From positions 145,080,001 through 145,144,000 of the forward strand of contig NC_091984.1 of assembly GCF_044704955.1 (NCBI RefSeq): a stretch of DNA of 64,000 bases, in the 5' to 3' direction. The notes beneath the pieces were generated by a model. The model worked only from the letters and a program-made list of their open reading frames with translations. It did no database searches and was not told the origin of the DNA. Each line of letters starts with the position of its first letter. Positions within the stretch are counted from its first letter, which is position 1. The translations under genes were made by a program, and so were the position numbers. Shown here one piece after another: positions 60,735 through 64,000 of the stretch. The DNA comes from Pristiophorus japonicus. Lineage: Eukaryota.

Positions 60735-63706
60735 TATATATAGCTCCATCCGGTGGTCTCCTGTGGCACTGCAGCCAGTGCTGTGTAAAAATAAAGAGGG
60801 AACTGGTCACCTAACTAGAATTCCAGAGTGTTTGCCATCTTAAGGTTGTGTGTGTGTTTATGAGTTGTACTGAAGATATAATAATGGCGATGAGAATGGG
60901 ATAATCAGAAAAAAAGCTGCAATTTTTGTTGATGGATGATTCAGCCAACCGACAGAGAGACTTTGAGAGCTTCTCTGTTTTGATTAACAGCTGCAAATCT
61001 GAGGTATATTACAAGCACACTTGTTTGAACTGCCAGAGTCCAGATGGCCACGCCTATGGGAATAATAGGGTATTTGGGGGAGTTTCAATGTGACCGTGAA
61101 AGTTTCGGAGCATATGTGGAGCGGCTAGAAATGTTTTTCACTGCAAATAATTTCATCGATGTCCCCAAAGATGACAACCATAACCGGATGGTGTTGGAAA
61201 AACAACGGGCAATTGTCTTAACTGAAGAGGTGTATGAAACCCTTAAAAAAATGTCCAGTGACTGTCAAGCCAAAGGACACAACTCGTAAGCAGATTCAGC
61301 ACTACAGTCTGCTTAAGGAAATTGCTGAAAGTTATGGTTTCGGATTACGGGATCAGTTAACCGAAGAAAATATCAGTGAGTACAATGTAGCATTAAAAGG
61401 GCTATCTATTCACTGTAATGTTGGAAACTTTCAGGACCAAGCATTGCATGACCGCTTTGTTTGTGAGATGAACAATGATGTGTTCAGAAGAAAGTTATTG
61501 ACAACGCCTCACTTGACTTTTGATTTAGCTTGTCAGACAGCTACGTCAATGAATATGGCTGACCAATATTCCCGATCCTATTTCCAGTCATCGGATAACC
61601 AAGGTGAATCGCCTGCAGGTTAAAAGTAAAAGGCAGTTGGGCCCCAAGGTCTCAGAAACTGCCAATGGTAACAAAGCATTGAAGTCATGCTATCGGTGCC
61701 TGGGACAAGATATTGCTCAAAGTTGTCCATATGTGAAGGCAGAGTGTTTCATCTGCAGGAAAACTGGGCATCTTGCGAAGGCATGCCATCTGAAGGGTAA
61801 ACTAGCTTTCAAAGCTATAAGTAGAAATCCCCAAAGACTACATAGGATGCAAGAAAAACAACAGGATGAGGAGGATTTAGAGCTACACGTTATCAGGAGC
61901 ACGAGGTTAACTAACAGCAATTCGAAAAGTATCATAATCCACATCGATGTTGCAGGAACCAAGATACCCATGGAAATCGACACTGGTGCATCCGTGTGTG
62001 TAGTACCAGAGTCGCTATACCTCGACAAATTGAGTGATTTCCCATTGGAGAAATCCAAGATAGAGCTGCGAGGCTATTTGGGAGAGAACATTCCTGTGGT
62101 AGGTCTTATCACTGTACCGGTGACATACAAGGATCAATTTCAGAGCTTGCAACTATTAGTAGTGGCAGGAGACAAGCCTGCCTTACTAGGAAGAAATTGG
62201 TTGGGATCACTGAAGCTGGATTGAAGAGAGATTTTTCGTGTTGAAACGAGATTTTCATCAAAGGATGATGTTGTCAAGAATTATCCAAAGGTGTTCTGCG
62301 AAACAGGCAGTCTGATCCAAGGCTTCAAGGCGAGTGTCAGGGTACAGAAGGACGCTAGATCGGTTTACTGCAAGCCACGTCCCGTACCATATGCACTCAA
62401 GGAGAATGTTGAGCAAGAACTCAAAAGACTAGAGACTGAGAACATTATTTGTAAGATTGATCGATGTAATTGGTCTACACCATTGTTGTTGTACCTAAGT
62501 CCGATGGCAAGGTAAGATTGTGTGGTGATTATAAAGTAACCGTACACTCGGTTCTATAGGTTCTAGAGGGTAATATCCCCAATACATTGCCAAATGTAGA
62601 AGATTTGTTCACAACACTGACAGGTGGTCAGATCTTCTCAAAGTTGGATCTTACAAATGCCTACTTATAACTTGAACTAGGTGAGGAGTCCAACTCATGT
62701 TTGACAATAAACACTAGGCCTATATCAATTTAATAGGCTACCATTTGGAGTGTCATATTCCAAGGGGTGATGAACCAGATTTTGCAAAGTATTGAAGGGG
62801 TAGTATGTTATTTAGATGACATACTAATTTTAGAACCAAATAGGAAAATTCATAATAACATATTGAATGAAGTCATCAAACGGCTAGAGAAGCACAGAGT
62901 ATGAGTGTCTGCTCGCAAGTGTGAGTTATTTCAAAACTCCGTGGAGTACTTAGGGTACAGAGCAGACCAAGATGGTTTACATCCAACTAAAGGAAAGCTA
63001 GATGCAATCAAGAAATGCACCCACTCCCAAGAATGTCACTGAACTTCGATCATTTCTGGGTCTTTTGAACGATTATGGGAAGTTCCTACCAAATTTGGCT
63101 ACAGTGTTACATCCACTGAATGAACTATTGAAAAACCAGGTCCATTGGAAGTGGTCAGAATAATGCGATACAGCATTCAAGGAGTGTAAAAGCAACTTGG
63201 TCGAGAGCACCATGTTAGTTCACTATAATGTATCTAAGGAGATCAAGCTAGCATGTGAGGCTTCTCCGTATGGAGTTGGGGCAGTGATCGCTCATGTACT
63301 ACATAGTGGGGAGGAGAGACCAATTGCTTTTGCTTCACGCACTCTCAATGCCAGTGAGTGTAATTATGCGCAAATTGAAAGGGAAGCTTTGGCATTAATG
63401 CTTGGGGTCAAGAAGTTCCACAAATACTTGTATGGTCGTAAGTTTACCATCATTATGGACCACAAGCCCCTGACAGCAATCCTCCATCCAAAGTCCCCAG
63501 TTCCAACATTAGCTGCATCCCGAATGCAGATATGGGCTTTGATTTTGTCAGCATATACATATGATACTGAATTCTGACGATCAGCTGATCACAGTAACGC
63601 TGATGCTATGTCTAGATTGCCTTCCCCATCACAAGTTACACGTGATAGGGAAGAAGTGTTCTATTTTTCATACATTGATGAACTGCCAGTCACAGCTGAA
63701 GAGATT
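60735..63706 (+). mobile_element. Gypsy C: partial 5' LTR, PBS-like site, gag, protease, RT, RNase H; truncated
   Basis: TGGCGATGAG at 60885; gag YVERLEMFFTAN; knuckles CYRCLG and CFICRKTGH; MEIDTGA; YLDDIL; IMDHKPL. Unrelated sequence follows from ~63707. Confidence 0.88.
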
Positions 63707-64000
63707 GGTCTAGACTTTCCACTTTGTTCACTCGGGCCCAAAAAATAGGTGATGTTCCAGCCTTAGTGGTGTTTCAGCCTTTATGATCGCTGGACCATCG
63801 CCCATTTTTTGGATCGTGACTTTTGGCTCAGTGATAGCCTAGCGATGTGAAATGGGCGAAGCGAGAACCCAGGGATGTGACATCGCCCAGCGATAGTGCA
63901 GCGATGGTGAAGGCAAAAGCTTCCCTAGCAATGGGCTTCTGCGCATGCGTGCTTTCTTTTTGGTGGAATGTTTTCCCGCTTCTCGAGAGGTCGGGGGTCA

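Overview
Repeat-dense vertebrate genomic DNA, inferred to be from a cartilaginous fish (shark-type Ig gene, shark-type CR1/SINE/Gypsy content). The only host gene I can identify is one unrearranged, cluster-type immunoglobulin kappa (type III/NS4-like) light-chain locus on the + strand. It has a promoter (E-box, perfect Ets-IRF composite element, variant octamer, TATA), leader exon 23766-23814, V exon 24002-24300 with a 12-RSS, one J (25695-25729) with a 23-RSS whose nonamer is degenerate, C exon 33482-33810 and poly(A) signals. All coding parts are open and splice in frame. The rest is mostly nested mobile DNA: a retrovirus-like element with two RNase H domains (spuma/Loki-like) interrupted by a full-length Gypsy (two LTRs, 5-bp TSD); a second Gypsy split by a ~6.8-kb inversion ending ~2 kb upstream of the V gene; a complete two-gene Harbinger transposon (TIRs, TGA TSD); an env-TM/PPT/LTR retroviral fragment; a third, truncated Gypsy; many CR1, L2, RTE and Tx1 LINE pieces; tRNA-derived SINEs; and several minisatellites. 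One minisatellite is identical to the DNA just behind the V RSS but lies 35 kb away, inverted. No rRNA, true tRNA or CRISPR array. I found no evidence of a wholly new system; the most notable items are the possibly crippled J RSS, the inversion, the retrovirus-like elements and the inverted V-flank array.
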